Shown here in pieces: positions 1 to 11,367 of a DNA stretch of 64,000 nt (position 1 is the first letter of the stretch; the number at the start of each line of letters is the position of its first letter). The DNA comes from TPA_inf: Saccharomyces (lineage: Eukaryota). The translations under genes were made by a program, and so were the position numbers. The stretch spans positions 864,001 through 928,000 of the forward strand of contig BK006949.2 in NCBI GenBank assembly GCA_000146045.2, in the 5' to 3' direction. The notes below the pieces were generated by a model, which was not told where the DNA came from, ran no database searches, and saw nothing but the letters and a program-made list of their open reading frames with translations.

Positions 1-448
1 AACCAGTGACTTAGCTGGGAGTTTTTTTTATCTCTTTGGCACCCTTCTCCCCATTTCTAGTAAGCGCTTTTTTCTCTTTACTTCTTCTCTTATATAAAAC
101 GCCTTTAAAATAATCGTTATCGGTTTTTTGGCACTCTTTTAAATGGTATATATGATGTTACAGGAAAACTTAGTTGTTTTCATATTGAAAATCCGCGCAG
201 GATAACGCTTGTGTAAAACCGAGTGTCCTGAAGGTGGGTAAGGCGGTCCTTATTATCACTTACTCGAACGTTGACATTGGTACAGTCCCTATCAGGTAGG
301 ATGTACTGACGTTTTGACAATAGTTTCGATTTTATGGATTGTTTGAAAAGAGCGAGACAGTGACAAAACGTGATAGATTACATAGTAGTCAGTATACAAC
401 TTTCCGTAATTAGCCACGAGGCCAGAAAGGAAGAGAGAATAGTATAAC

Positions 449-2422
449 CTAATATAGATCTGCAATATCACTATTTTGGAACTCCTTAGACTCATCTGGT
501 TTCGCTCTTTCATCCTTAAAGCTTCCATTTTTTTTCTCTATTGGTTTACTCGTAAGCTGATGCTGCCCCTGTGAGGGCGAGATTGGGAATTGTGGATGAG
601 AAGGTCTCGAGCCTTGATGATGATCACCAGCCATATTGCGAGAACCGTTTGAAGGATTATAATTTTTATTGATTGGCGCATTGGATTCTTGGCGACTATA
701 TTTCTGTGGTTGCCTATTGAAGTTGGTTTCCGGCTTGTTCACGTACCTAGGGTTATGATATCTAGAGTCATTTGGCGAGTTTTTGTACCGGGACTCATTT
801 GAATTACCCTGGTATCTTGACTGAGGCCCCAATGGCAAAGGTACTTTATTATATTTAGAGCTGACATTTGTCTCAGGATGAAATCGATTTACGGGATTCC
901 TGCTGTTGTTGGGTGCAGTGCTGTTGCCGCTGAAGCGATTATTTCTGGAACTATTGTTGGGTCCGTATCTATTAACTCCTGCAGGGGCTGCTGGCGGTGG
1001 AATCGCAGTTTTAGCATATCCGCTGTTCACATGATACGGTCTAGGATTTTGATGTAGTTCTCTTATTTTCGAAGGAGGCGGCTTAGCCAATACGTTCTTT
1101 GATGGAGGCAAAAAACTTGCGTCATCTTTCTTGGGGCCTCTTGGGATCGCCCCAAGATTTTTCACGACAGGTGATTCACCCTTTTCAACTATATGACCTC
1201 TTGGCGCAGTAGGTACTCTTTGGGACAATGATTGGTGCATTTCTTCCTTGTACCTCTTAATATCAGCTTCATGACTTTCTTCCGTCGGTAATGTTATCTT
1301 CTCTGATGGTAAAGGGTCCTCTTTAAACCAAGGATGGTGTTTAGCAGACATAGCGGTCAACCTCTTGTAAGGATCTAACGCTAACAACTGTCCTAAAAAA
1401 TCTAGACCTGTTTCACTTAGATATTTACCAAATCTTTCCCTCAACGTTGGCTTGTAATTAGTTGTTGTTAGTTCAGCACCTGGCAAATATCTAGCCACGG
1501 CCCAATCTTCTTCTGTCGGTGTACCAAGTAGTTTGAAAATAACATGTCCCTGATCAATATCCGTTTTTCCCTGTAAAATAGGTTTTTTCTCAAAAAATTC
1601 TGCGAAAACGCATCCGACACCCCATATATCAACAGCTGTTGTATACTGTTTATCACCAAGCACCAACTCAGGTGCTCTATACCATCTCGTTACGACTACT
1701 GATGTATATTTGGCGCCGGAACCTGCACCACCAGGATACTTTAAGTTTGGAGGACAGCCATAATATAATCTTGCTAAACCAAAATCAGCAAGCTTTAAAA
1801 CACCGTTGTGGTCAATCAAAATATTTGCTGTCTTTATATCCCTATGCATGAATTTTGCACAATGAATATAATTTAGGCCTTCTAATATTTGTAGCATCAT
1901 ATTCTTTATATCGCACATCTCTAAGTTGATTCTCGGATTATGCAAAACGCCCGACAGATCTGCTACCATATACGGCAGGATCATGTAGAATGACTTATGT
2001 AGGTTGCTGGATGCCGCATTTGTAATATCCGGTGAATGGTCATACACCATTTCGATTAGTTTAATAATATTTTTGTGGTTTAAACGCTTTAAAATAGTAA
2101 TTTCTCGTTGTGCAGTTATAGGAAACAGATCTTTTTCAACGCTAACTATAATTTTTTTCATTGCCACTTGTCTTTGAGTCTCTAAATGAATTCCCTTATA
2201 AACCTCACCAAATGTTCCTTGTCCTAATTTTTCATCCTCACGATAATGATTCTGGAAAACTGTACACCCGTAAACTTTCTCACTACTTCTTTTTCTTAGT
2301 TTGATGTATGTTAAGTTAGTCTTCGCATCTCGCTGGATGGCTGGTGTACTCTTCACTTTGCCGATTTTGTATTTATTAAATTCGGTTTTTGGAAGAACCG
2401 CGGGGGAACCATTATCACTCAT
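449..2422 (-). CDS. BUR1: Cyclin-dependent Ser/Thr protein kinase (Bur1/Sgv1, CDK9-like), 657 aa
   Basis: Kinase motifs [26 protein letters not shown] and APE are present. A long Pro/Asn/Ser-rich C-terminal tail follows. The ATG (cat at 2420-2422 on the + strand) was confirmed, and the 657 aa length matches Bur1/Sgv1. Confidence 0.9.
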   Translation of the reverse strand: MSDNGSPAVLPKTEFNKYKIGKVKSTPAIQRDAKTNLTYIKLRKRSSEKVYGCTVFQNHYREDEKLGQGTFGEVYKGIHLETQRQVAMKKIIVSVEKDLFPITAQREITILKRLNHKNIIKLIEMVYDHSPDITNAASSNLHKSFYMILPYMVADLSGVLHNPRINLEMCDIKNMMLQILEGLNYIHCAKFMHRDIKTANILIDHNGVLKLADFGLARLYYGCPPNLKYPGGAGSGAKYTSVVVTRWYRAPELVLGDKQYTTAVDIWGVGCVFAEFFEKKPILQGKTDIDQGHVIFKLLGTPTEEDWAVARYLPGAELTTTNYKPTLRERFGKYLSETGLDFLGQLLALDPYKRLTAMSAKHHPWFKEDPLPSEKITLPTEESHEADIKRYKEEMHQSLSQRVPTAPRGHIVEKGESPVVKNLGAIPRGPKKDDASFLPPSKNVLAKPPPSKIRELHQNPRPYHVNSGYAKTAIPPPAAPAGVNRYGPNNSSRNNRFSGNSTAPNNSRNPVNRFHPETNVSSKYNKVPLPLGPQSRYQGNSNESRYKNSPNDSRYHNPRYVNKPETNFNRQPQKYSRQESNAPINKNYNPSNGSRNMAGDHHQGSRPSHPQFPISPSQGQHQLTSKPIEKKNGSFKDERAKPDESKEFQNSDIADLY

Positions 2423-2714
2423 ATTATTTTACTGTTATTCTGCTTGACCACGAATGTACTGCTAATACTATACAATTTCTTTTGCTGGTGTTTGGTAATA
2501 TTTCTTTTCACCATTGTTAATTTCTCTCTCTACATTGCCTATGCTCTATTAAATGCATATGTGAATTTTTCAAATTCACAGAGGTTTGGTGTATGGGTGT
2601 ATTTCCGTTCGACGCGATGACCACATAATCTTGAACTTACTTATTAGGAAAGCTGAACAGTGGAATATCAGAGTTGCTACCGCCAATAAAATGTCTGTAT
2701 ATTGTTCCCAAGAT

Positions 2715-4304
2715 TCACAGTTGTGTCCAGGAGTAGTACATATTAGATTTGGGGATAATTCTTCTTAATTCCTGAAGAATGATCTGCATCTGGTAACTTC
2801 TCAAGTCAAACGGGATCATGGTGCCCTGAAATTGATAATTGCTAGCGTAAAATGCTGCGGTCGCATTATCTCTCAAACCAACGGCTGATTTCTCGGTAAA
2901 AAAATCCAGTTGCACTAAATTTTCCCAAACGTTCTTGACGTCCTTTTTCAACCATAGTTTGATAGTATTGTCGATAGAAAAAGTACTTTGACCTGTTCCC
3001 ACATTTGTAGTAGGAGCCACGGTGGGAATTCTGGAGTTGATAGCTTTAATCATCTTTTCATACTCTGCATAAGCTAAATTAAAATTAAAAGATCCGTCTT
3101 TCGCCCTTAAGGCAACCCTAGCGGCTGAGATCAAAATGGCTAACTCTAAATCGGATAAAGATTGGAGCCTTCCTGTTAAATTATTAGATAGTTGGTTCTT
3201 ATTGTATATGTCAAGAAAAGAACACGATTTTATGGCAGTGCAGAGTGAACCAAAATTTTTGGATGTCGCTACTAATGGAATTATGCTATTTTTCAATGTA
3301 GGTAATGACCTAAAGGTTTCGAAATTCATCCTAATATGTCTATTCAAATTCGATCGAGGGTCGGATAGTTCTTTTTCCAACGTTTCATTCCATTGTGAAA
3401 CCCAGGGGGAGATTTCAGAGCGAACTGTAAGTAAATTTCTGACGGCGTCAACCATATCGTCTAGATTCTGTATTTGCGGCATATAAATCACTCTTTGAGA
3501 AAATCTACTCTTTACCCTCTTTTCTAAATATTCCAAGATATTTAATTTCGTTGTGCAGCCAAAAATGCAAACAGGTACCCGAGAATGTTCTACCATGTCA
3601 AAAAGATTGTATAATAAAGTTTGCCTCACAGGCCCAGCAAATGTATCAATTTCATCGAATATAAAAACAACTGTTATCTTTGTTATACTCTCTCTGTCAA
3701 CCTCACCACTATCTTCATTTCTTGTCTTCGTGGTCGAATCTAAGAGTAAAAGAATTTTCTCAAACACTTCTGTCAAAGAACCACTGCTAATAGTCTCTAA
3801 TGAAGTATCGTCAATTTTTTCTTCACTGCCATGAATTTTCTGCAACTGCTGTTCCAATTGAGTTGCTATACCGTTAATAGCTGTTTGTTCGGAGTGAATA
3901 AACCCATTCAACCTGATAGTTATAAACTGCTCTTTATAAGATTGTTGCAACAAAGACAGTTCATAGTCTAATAAGTATGTTTTGTAACTTTGTCTGGGCC
4001 CCACGAGAATTACTGAATGACTCTCTTTCTGAATAATGGATTGTTTAATGATTCTATCGATCTCTTGTTGACAATCTTGTAAATATGTGAAGATTATCTT
4101 TTCGTCCGTAGGAAGTGTGCCATAAAGTTGCTGCAGTAACCTTCTTTGAAGGGAACCAAAACCAGGGTCGCTGTCTTTACACTTTTCATTATCTATAGTA
4201 CGCTTTTTTAGAATCGCTGCAGTCTCCTCTACCTCTTCGTTTGAGTGCCTCTTTATTGGGAGAAGATTGACTTGCGGTGATAGACGAGCTTCGCTTATAG
4301 TCAT
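2715..4304 (-). CDS. ORC4: Origin recognition complex subunit 4, 529 aa
   Basis: The 529 aa ORF has a Walker-A-like GPRQSYKT motif and AAA+-like architecture. I recognise the sequence as yeast Orc4. It lies between BUR1 and TIF3 as on the chromosome XVI map. Confidence 0.85.
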   Translation of the reverse strand: MTISEARLSPQVNLLPIKRHSNEEVEETAAILKKRTIDNEKCKDSDPGFGSLQRRLLQQLYGTLPTDEKIIFTYLQDCQQEIDRIIKQSIIQKESHSVILVGPRQSYKTYLLDYELSLLQQSYKEQFITIRLNGFIHSEQTAINGIATQLEQQLQKIHGSEEKIDDTSLETISSGSLTEVFEKILLLLDSTTKTRNEDSGEVDRESITKITVVFIFDEIDTFAGPVRQTLLYNLFDMVEHSRVPVCIFGCTTKLNILEYLEKRVKSRFSQRVIYMPQIQNLDDMVDAVRNLLTVRSEISPWVSQWNETLEKELSDPRSNLNRHIRMNFETFRSLPTLKNSIIPLVATSKNFGSLCTAIKSCSFLDIYNKNQLSNNLTGRLQSLSDLELAILISAARVALRAKDGSFNFNLAYAEYEKMIKAINSRIPTVAPTTNVGTGQSTFSIDNTIKLWLKKDVKNVWENLVQLDFFTEKSAVGLRDNATAAFYASNYQFQGTMIPFDLRSYQMQIILQELRRIIPKSNMYYSWTQL

Positions 4305-4644
4305 GCTTCTTCTTTTGAATATTACCGATATTAGTAGTTTATATTTGATATTTCTATCAGTATTATTTAGATTTTTTTTTTTTTTTTAATTGTTAATGCT
4401 TTTTCTTAGAACTTTCCAAAAACGAAAGGAAAATGGGACATTCAAAAACTTACCTCACATAGAAAAATGATAAATCCAAAAATACACTTGAACACATGTA
4501 TGAAACTTAATACAAAATATATGGTTATTTTTTTTTTAATTATATAATAGAGTTAGAATACCTGGTAGAAAGGAGAGTAGAAAAACAAGAAAGAAAAAAA
4601 GCAAACAGTAAATACAAATGTACATTTTATCATCATACAACACT

Positions 4645-5955
4645 CTATTTCTTACCAACAACTTCCCAATTGTCACCATCTTCAACAGTCAATTGAGCAG
4701 TTTTATCCTGTAGCTTTTCAACTGCCGCATCAACTTTGTTTTCTTTTGCGTCTCCATTTTGCTTTTCAGCCTCTTCATCTTCATCATCATCTTCAGTACG
4801 TAAAACATCATAAACAGACTTCTGGATTTTTGGTTGCTCATCAGTAGTCTTTTTGTTAGTTAGAGACCTATCCTTGTAGGTATTTTTGGTTTGTTGAGGC
4901 TTACCAAACTGAGCACCTCTGGCAGCACCCCAATCCAAAGCTGGTTCTTCCTTTTCTCTTTCTCTTCTTGGTGGTCTTGAGGAGCTTTGGAAGTTGGAAC
5001 CTCTGGCTGCACTCCAGTCAATATCTGGCTCTTCTCTTTCTCTTCTTGGTGGCCTCGAGGAGCTTTGAAAGTTAGAGCCTCTAGCTGCACTCCAGTCAAT
5101 ATCTGGCTCTTCTCTTTCTCTTCTTGGTGGTCTGGAAGAGCCTTGGAAATTGGAGCCTCTTGCAGCGCTCCAGTCGATATCAACTTCTTCTCTTTCTCTT
5201 CTTGGTGGTCTGGAAGAGCCTTGGAAATTGGAACCTCTTGCAGCAGTCCAGTCAATATCAACTTCTTCTCTTTCTCTTCTTGGACCTCTGAAGTTAGAAC
5301 CTCTAGCGGCACCCCAATCAAGATCTGGTGCATCTTCTCTTCCATCACCTTGGAAATTGGAGCCTCTAGCACTACTCCAATCAACATCTGCACCTCCCCC
5401 TCTTCTTGGAGCCGCAACAGAAACGTAAACAGTTCTCTCATTCAATTTAGTACCGTTGAACTTCAGAACGGCGACCAAATCTGCTCTTTCTTTCAAAGTA
5501 ACGAAAGCATTACCCTTTAATCTTGTTGGGTCTCTTAGATTCTTTGGCAAAACAACTTCTTCAACCGCTTCAGGCTTAACTAAACCATCTTCAACCCAGG
5601 CTTGAACACCCTCTGGGGTAATATCCCATGGAATGTTGTTTATGACAGCCCTATATGGTGGAGCATCTGGAACAGGGTATTCCTCTCTTCTATCGGAAGA
5701 ACCGCCCCCCAAAGCAGGGTCTAATCTAGATCTACCTCCAAAACTGCCACCAAAGCCGCCTGAACGCGTGTTATTGCTGTTGTTTTTAGCATGAGCCAAT
5801 TCGGACAATGGAATAGTGTTTGCATTAGCGGTTTCAATAGGAATTGTGATCTTATTCAAATCGACATCTTCTTCAGCCCAAGATGAACCAAAGGTGTCAT
5901 CATTTAAAAATGACGTAAGGTCCATCTTCTTTACGGTTTTCTTTGGTGGAGCCAT
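4645..5955 (-). CDS. TIF3: Translation initiation factor eIF4B, 436 aa
   Basis: An N-terminal RRM-like region is followed by about seven tandem 26-aa repeats of the form DIDWSAARGSNFQ..SRPPRREREE. A basic and acidic C-terminal tail ends the protein. The ATG is confirmed. Confidence 0.9.
   Translation of the reverse strand: MAPPKKTVKKMDLTSFLNDDTFGSSWAEEDVDLNKITIPIETANANTIPLSELAHAKNNSNNTRSGGFGGSFGGRSRLDPALGGGSSDRREEYPVPDAPPYRAVINNIPWDITPEGVQAWVEDGLVKPEAVEEVVLPKNLRDPTRLKGNAFVTLKERADLVAVLKFNGTKLNERTVYVSVAAPRRGGGADVDWSSARGSNFQGDGREDAPDLDWGAARGSNFRGPRREREEVDIDWTAARGSNFQGSSRPPRREREEVDIDWSAARGSNFQGSSRPPRREREEPDIDWSAARGSNFQSSSRPPRREREEPDIDWSAARGSNFQSSSRPPRREREKEEPALDWGAARGAQFGKPQQTKNTYKDRSLTNKKTTDEQPKIQKSVYDVLRTEDDDEDEEAEKQNGDAKENKVDAAVEKLQDKTAQLTVEDGDNWEVVGKK
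4900..5400 (-). repeat. Tandem 78-bp coding repeats (about 7 copies) inside TIF3
   Basis: Near-identical DNA units (ggtggtct[tg]ga[ga]gagc[ct]ttggaa[ag]ttgga[ag]cctct[ta]gc[at]gc...ccagtc[ag]atatc...) encode the DIDWSAARGSNFQ repeats. Confidence 0.85.
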
Positions 5956-6702
5956 GATGTGTCCTTTTTATTATGGTATTATTTTCCTAAAGACAGATGA
6001 AAGCTAATATAAACTCGAGTTTTATGATAATCCCGCTTATTGGTCTACTGATCTTCTCTAACTCTGTAGTTATATCTATCTCTTCTGCTTCTATTTCTGC
6101 TTTTCTTTAGCGATGCTGATTTCCGCAAAAAAATTTTCATTCCGTGGTGCGTGATCTGATGAGAAATAAAGCCAAAAAGAAAAAAAGACAAGAAGACAAA
6201 AAGGTTGGGCGGCTAAGTAGCGCCAGGATATAAAAAGCAACATAGATTTCAGTACCCTATTATCCTGCCAAAATTTACTTTAAGAAGTCTCTATGAATAT
6301 ACAGGCTAAATTTGGAAACATGAGAAAGGAAAGATGAAGATACAAAGATTGCAAGCAGTCAAGAAGATTTAGGAAAAAAGGAAAAAGCAAAAAATATCGA
6401 TTTTTATGACTTACAAACTAAATTGATATGTTCGAAATAATTTTGAGAAGCTGAGCTCAATCTGGTACTAATCACTTCAAGTTAGATGTGCAAAGAAAGA
6501 GAATAGCATAAATTCAAAACCAAAGGAAGTGCGAGGCATTACCCGCATATTATCGGGAAACAGAAGCCATGTTAGAGTGATTTCCAACAAATGGCCCTTT
6601 GCCAGAGATGGGCTCTGCAAAAGAATTGGAAGAAGAGAAGAAATCGCTTCACATTCCGTTTCGTTTCTGGGTCTAATTAAAGTAGTACGGTGTCAATTAG
6701 GT

Positions 6703-9700
6703 ATGCTAGGTTTGCGAACTCATGGTTTAGACAGGTATGAACATTATATTCGTCGCCCGTCGGATTTTGGCAAACTTGAGCTGCAAGATTGGTTGAATCA
6801 TAAGTCATTCCGAGTTTCCCCCAATTTATTAATTGATTCAAGCACCACACGTGAGTGGAATGAACCTGAGCTTTTTTATCAAAATACCGAGGATGAAACT
6901 TGGGTGAGACCTTGTGTAGGGCCAAAGCTAGAACCATCAATGATGATGCTCAGATATCACGATTCGAATATTGGTCAAATGCCTCAATTTTGTTATCCAA
7001 TCTCAAGTCCGATAAATTTTAAACCAGTATTAAAATACATTTTGCAAGAACGTTCTGAACTGTCAGACGGCTTCCCTCAAAAGTATAACACACTAATAGG
7101 TAGTCTTTTTGACATTGATAAAAACCCAGAAACCTTAGATGATTCAGATATAGAAGCATTGGATGACATAGAAATGAGCAGTGACAGCGGTAATGTTAAA
7201 GAACCAAAAATTGAATTGCAGGCGCTGGAAGAAATCCAACAAAAGCATTTCAGTTTAATAGTATCCAACAATGGAATCTTTCAAACAGGTAGCACTTCAA
7301 TAACATACATACAGTCTGGCATATCTGGCAGCATAGCTATAAAACCCAACAACGTTGCAATTTTAATATTACTCACTCAACCAAGTGGTCACTTATTGTC
7401 TATTTTACCGCTTGATGACGGTAAAGAGACATATTTGCTACAATATTGGAACCTGGGACAAAAAGGTCAGTGGAACATAATCAAGCACCAAAACGAGAAG
7501 CAGTTTGTTCTTATACATAAGGAACTAGGCATTTGCAAATTTTTTGAATTCCATTTACCATTTACTTTTCAATTAGTAAACAATTTAACATTGACCGATT
7601 CCGTGATTATGAACGGATCCTTTTTCCCAACAAATTACACTGATTTAGATCCCTATTTCATTATATTTATAACAGCCATAAGATATGAAAGGATAGTCTA
7701 CTTTGTCATAGAATGGAACAACAACGAAATAAAGAAAAAAGAGGTATATCAATTGACAGTATTTGATGGTGAGAAGACTAATATGACAATACCCATTGGA
7801 CTAAATGCATGTTTAGTCGAAACACCCCTAAAGTTCTCTTTAGTTTCTGCAAATCAAATTATGTCAGGAGAGACTGAATTCCACTCATTCCAATTGAAGG
7901 CTCTCAAGGGAATCAAGTCATTTTTTCCAGCTCCTTTATTGTTATTAAAATTACAAGAACTACACCCACATACATTTAAAAAATTCCAATATTGTACCAT
8001 AATATCCTCCTCGACAGGAAATATTTGTTTTTGCGTCACCGAACGATCGACAATAGTAAATGGTAATTTAAAATTTTACGAGCTAACTAGGTTCAAAGGA
8101 TTGAAATCCATTTCACCACTACCTTCAAATCCGATAAATTTAGACTCCAGATCCTCAAGTTATGTACTGGTGGTCATAAGTTTTAGTAGAACATTAGAGC
8201 TAACATTATCTCTAGAAGATTTGAGATGTTTAGATAAAAAAGACGTTATTAAGCCTTTGAAAAATATCACCTTCAAGCACACAATTGATAGTTCCACAGA
8301 GGAGAACTCTCAAATTTTAGCATTTACGTCTTCTAAATTTTATAACACACACACAGGCTCTAACATCAATGACACGAGAAATTCTCAAGTTTGGCTTACC
8401 TCACCAAATGCAATAACTCAACCTTGCATTGATTATAAACTCAGGAAAACTCATCAACTTATCCACTTAAAGCAATTTCAAATTTTTAGACATCTTAGGA
8501 TATGGAAATGTAAGAACCTTGATATTGCTCTGTTACAGAGACTTGGAATAAACCAGTCAAATACCGAAAGTTCGTTAATTTTTGCGACCGACGCTGTTTC
8601 TAACAACAGAATATTTTTATTAGATTTAACTATGACAACGACAATCGATAATGATGATCCCGTTCAAGGACTGATAAATATAGAAGATTTACTATGTGAT
8701 ACTGAAAACGAAACTATCCTTCTAAATTTTACGAAAAATAACTTGATTCAAGTAACTAGGGATACGATATACATCGATCCCATTGGTGGGGACAAAGAGT
8801 TGCGTAAGATTTCTCCAGGTTGGGAATTCGAAAACGTTACATACAATGATGGTATTTTAATAGTTTGGAATGCTGGGCTTGGCTGTGTCTCTTATATTGA
8901 AAATATAGACGCTGTTGATGAGTCTGGCGCCTTAGTTTCAAACTTAAGCAGCAGCAAAGGCATGAGCAAGTTCTTCAAGCAGTTAGGAACTGTCACGAGT
9001 GTCAATTTTCAAATCAAAGAGTCTACAGATGATCCAACCAAGTATGACATTTGGATCCTTTTACCAGACTGTGTCATTCGTACACCCTTTTCTGACTGGA
9101 TTAGTGATTCACTTGATTTTTCTGATGTGTATATTTTGAGTGTTCAGCAGGCGTTAATAAACGGCCCTTATTTTTGCTCTCTCGATTATGAATCATATTT
9201 TGAGGTGCACACTTTACAGAACAACTGCTTCAAAAAAGGATCCAGATGTACAAGCAGAGTTAATTTTCAAGGGAAAGATATTAAATTTAGAAGCTTTGGT
9301 GTGAATCAATGTTTGGCATTTAGTGCATTTGAAATTTTTGTCATCAATTTAACGCCAATTCACGACAGTAGAGAATTGGATTTTTACAAGCTAAAATTAC
9401 CGCACCTAGGTAATAACAATTCAATTCTTGAAGTCTGTCCGGACATAGAAAACAACCAATTATTCATACTCTACTCTGATGGCTTAAGAATCCTCGAACT
9501 ATCATACCTAACATCAAATAATGGAAATTTCTTATTAAAATCTACAAGAAGCAAAAATAAGAAATTTTTATATCTAGACAAAATAAATCGAATGCTGGTA
9601 TTGAATCAGGACTTGAGGGAATGGGAGTGTATTAGACTATCAGATGGTAAGGCAGTTGGTTTAGATTCTCAACTTCTTAAGGATGATTCTGAAGAAATCC

Positions 9701-10926
9701 TAGAAATAAAGGAATTACCAATAGCAACAGAGGACAATCCTTTAGAAAAGAAAACTGTATTATTGATCTCTTTTACTAGCTCATTAAAACTAGTTTTATT
9801 AACTGCTGCAAAAAACAAAATTTCCAATCAAATAATAGATTCGTATAAACTTGACAATTCAAGACTCCTCAATCATTTGGTCATTACTCCCAGAGGTGAA
9901 ATATTCTTTCTGGATTATAAAGTTATGGGCACCGATAACGAAATGTCCTTTAACAAGTTGAAAGTCACAAAACATTGCATTGACCAGGAGGAGAGAAATA
10001 ATACGACTTTGCGGCTCACTTTGGAAACCCGGTTTACATTTAAGAGTTGGAGTACAGTTAAGACGTTTACTGTAGTAGGCGATAATATCATTGCTACCAC
10101 AAATATGGGCGAAAAGCTCTACTTGATTAAGGATTTCTCTTCATCATCTGACGAATCGAGAAGGGTGTATCCCTTGGAAATGTATCCTGATTCAAAAGTT
10201 CAAAAGATAATACCATTAAATGAATGCTGCTTTGTTGTTGCCGCTTACTGTGGAAATAGGAACGATTTAGATTCAAGATTAATTTTTTACTCTTTACCCA
10301 CCATCAAAGTTGGGCTTAATAACGAAACAGGCAGCCTACCAGATGAATATGGGAATGGGAGAGTCGACGACATATTCGAGGTTGACTTTCCTGAAGGATT
10401 TCAATTTGGCACTATGGCTTTGTATGATGTTTTACATGGTGAGAGGCACGTAAATCGTTACAGCGAAGGCATACGGTCGGAGAATGACGAAGCAGAGGTT
10501 GCCCTAAGGCAGCGTAGAAATTTACTACTCTTTTGGCGAAACCACTCTTCTACACCAAAACCTTCACTACGCCGAGCCGCCACTATAGTATATGAGGATC
10601 ATGTATCATCCCGTTATTTTGAGGATATAAGTTCTATATTAGGAAGCACTGCAATGAGAACTAAAAGACTATCTCCCTATAATGCGGTAGCATTGGACAA
10701 GCCTATTCAAGATATTAGTTACGATCCCGCAGTACAAACTTTATATGTGCTAATGGCAGATCAAACAATTCACAAATTCGGCAAGGACAGGTTGCCTTGC
10801 CAGGACGAATACGAACCAAGATGGAATTCTGGCTATTTGGTTTCAAGAAGGTCAATAGTTAAATCTGACCTCATCTGTGAGGTTGGGTTATGGAACCTTA
10901 GCGATAACTGCAAGAACACAGTATAA
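6703..10926 (+). CDS. MMS1: Large (1407 aa) protein, Mms1 (Rtt101 cullin-ligase adaptor, DDB1-like)
   Basis: The open frame runs from 6529, but it begins at GTG and the first in-frame ATG is at 6703. From that ATG the product is 1407 aa, the size I recall for Mms1. The position between TIF3 and RHO1 also fits. Confidence 0.75.
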   Translation: MLGLRTHGLDRYEHYIRRPSDFGKLELQDWLNHKSFRVSPNLLIDSSTTREWNEPELFYQNTEDETWVRPCVGPKLEPSMMMLRYHDSNIGQMPQFCYPISSPINFKPVLKYILQERSELSDGFPQKYNTLIGSLFDIDKNPETLDDSDIEALDDIEMSSDSGNVKEPKIELQALEEIQQKHFSLIVSNNGIFQTGSTSITYIQSGISGSIAIKPNNVAILILLTQPSGHLLSILPLDDGKETYLLQYWNLGQKGQWNIIKHQNEKQFVLIHKELGICKFFEFHLPFTFQLVNNLTLTDSVIMNGSFFPTNYTDLDPYFIIFITAIRYERIVYFVIEWNNNEIKKKEVYQLTVFDGEKTNMTIPIGLNACLVETPLKFSLVSANQIMSGETEFHSFQLKALKGIKSFFPAPLLLLKLQELHPHTFKKFQYCTIISSSTGNICFCVTERSTIVNGNLKFYELTRFKGLKSISPLPSNPINLDSRSSSYVLVVISFSRTLELTLSLEDLRCLDKKDVIKPLKNITFKHTIDSSTEENSQILAFTSSKFYNTHTGSNINDTRNSQVWLTSPNAITQPCIDYKLRKTHQLIHLKQFQIFRHLRIWKCKNLDIALLQRLGINQSNTESSLIFATDAVSNNRIFLLDLTMTTTIDNDDPVQGLINIEDLLCDTENETILLNFTKNNLIQVTRDTIYIDPIGGDKELRKISPGWEFENVTYNDGILIVWNAGLGCVSYIENIDAVDESGALVSNLSSSKGMSKFFKQLGTVTSVNFQIKESTDDPTKYDIWILLPDCVIRTPFSDWISDSLDFSDVYILSVQQALINGPYFCSLDYESYFEVHTLQNNCFKKGSRCTSRVNFQGKDIKFRSFGVNQCLAFSAFEIFVINLTPIHDSRELDFYKLKLPHLGNNNSILEVCPDIENNQLFILYSDGLRILELSYLTSNNGNFLLKSTRSKNKKFLYLDKINRMLVLNQDLREWECIRLSDGKAVGLDSQLLKDDSEEILEIKELPIATEDNPLEKKTVLLISFTSSLKLVLLTAAKNKISNQIIDSYKLDNSRLLNHLVITPRGEIFFLDYKVMGTDNEMSFNKLKVTKHCIDQEERNNTTLRLTLETRFTFKSWSTVKTFTVVGDNIIATTNMGEKLYLIKDFSSSSDESRRVYPLEMYPDSKVQKIIPLNECCFVVAAYCGNRNDLDSRLIFYSLPTIKVGLNNETGSLPDEYGNGRVDDIFEVDFPEGFQFGTMALYDVLHGERHVNRYSEGIRSENDEAEVALRQRRNLLLFWRNHSSTPKPSLRRAATIVYEDHVSSRYFEDISSILGSTAMRTKRLSPYNAVALDKPIQDISYDPAVQTLYVLMADQTIHKFGKDRLPCQDEYEPRWNSGYLVSRRSIVKSDLICEVGLWNLSDNCKNTV

Positions 10927-11367
10927 TTCCCTCATTTCCAATAACATTGTCGCTGATAAAATCGTGATTCTCGATCAATGTGCTACGCGTCGTGCAGCGT
11001 GACAAGGGGCTAAAAAAAGATACAAGAATTCTTGTTGTTTCCAATTTGCTTCGCCTCAGAAAAAAAAATAAACAGATTATACAATTTTTGTTTGATTTGT
11101 ATTGGGTACTACATGTTTTAGTAGTTGATACAAATACTTCTTTATCCTAATCGTATATATTTATTTTACCAGCAGGAATTCGTCTTTAATATCGTTTCGA
11201 CCATCGATCATTCCTCTGAGTATTGCAAAAACATTTTTGGAACAACCCAAACTTAAAGTTACAAAACTCAAAAAAGGAACAAAATTAATAAAACAAAAGA
11301 ATCGCTGTTAGAGGTTTATTGTTGCACTAATAGAAAATCATAGAACTTTAAAAATTATACTAGAAAG

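Noticed and set aside
1-14. Possible 3' end (..P V T stop, TAG at 12-14) of the upstream convergent gene (GPH1 on the recalled map)
   Set aside because: Fourteen nucleotides cannot support a feature call. It is mentioned only as context.
4860-5520. Long ORFs on both strands (193 aa minus, 177 aa and 92 aa plus) overlapping the TIF3 repeat region
   Set aside because: They arise because the 78-bp tandem repeats keep alternative frames open. Their low-complexity translations match no protein family. TIF3 explains the region.
6529-6702. N-terminal extensions in the ORF track (MMS1, VPS4, SEC23, SKI3, AOS1, HDA3, RPC82, MLC2, BET2, QCR2, YPR174C, DPB2)
   Set aside because: Inspection shows these M residues correspond to GTG or TTG codons, not ATG. 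For example, 6529 is GTG and 23895-23897 is the complement of TTG. A eukaryotic nuclear gene should start at the first ATG, which is what I annotated.
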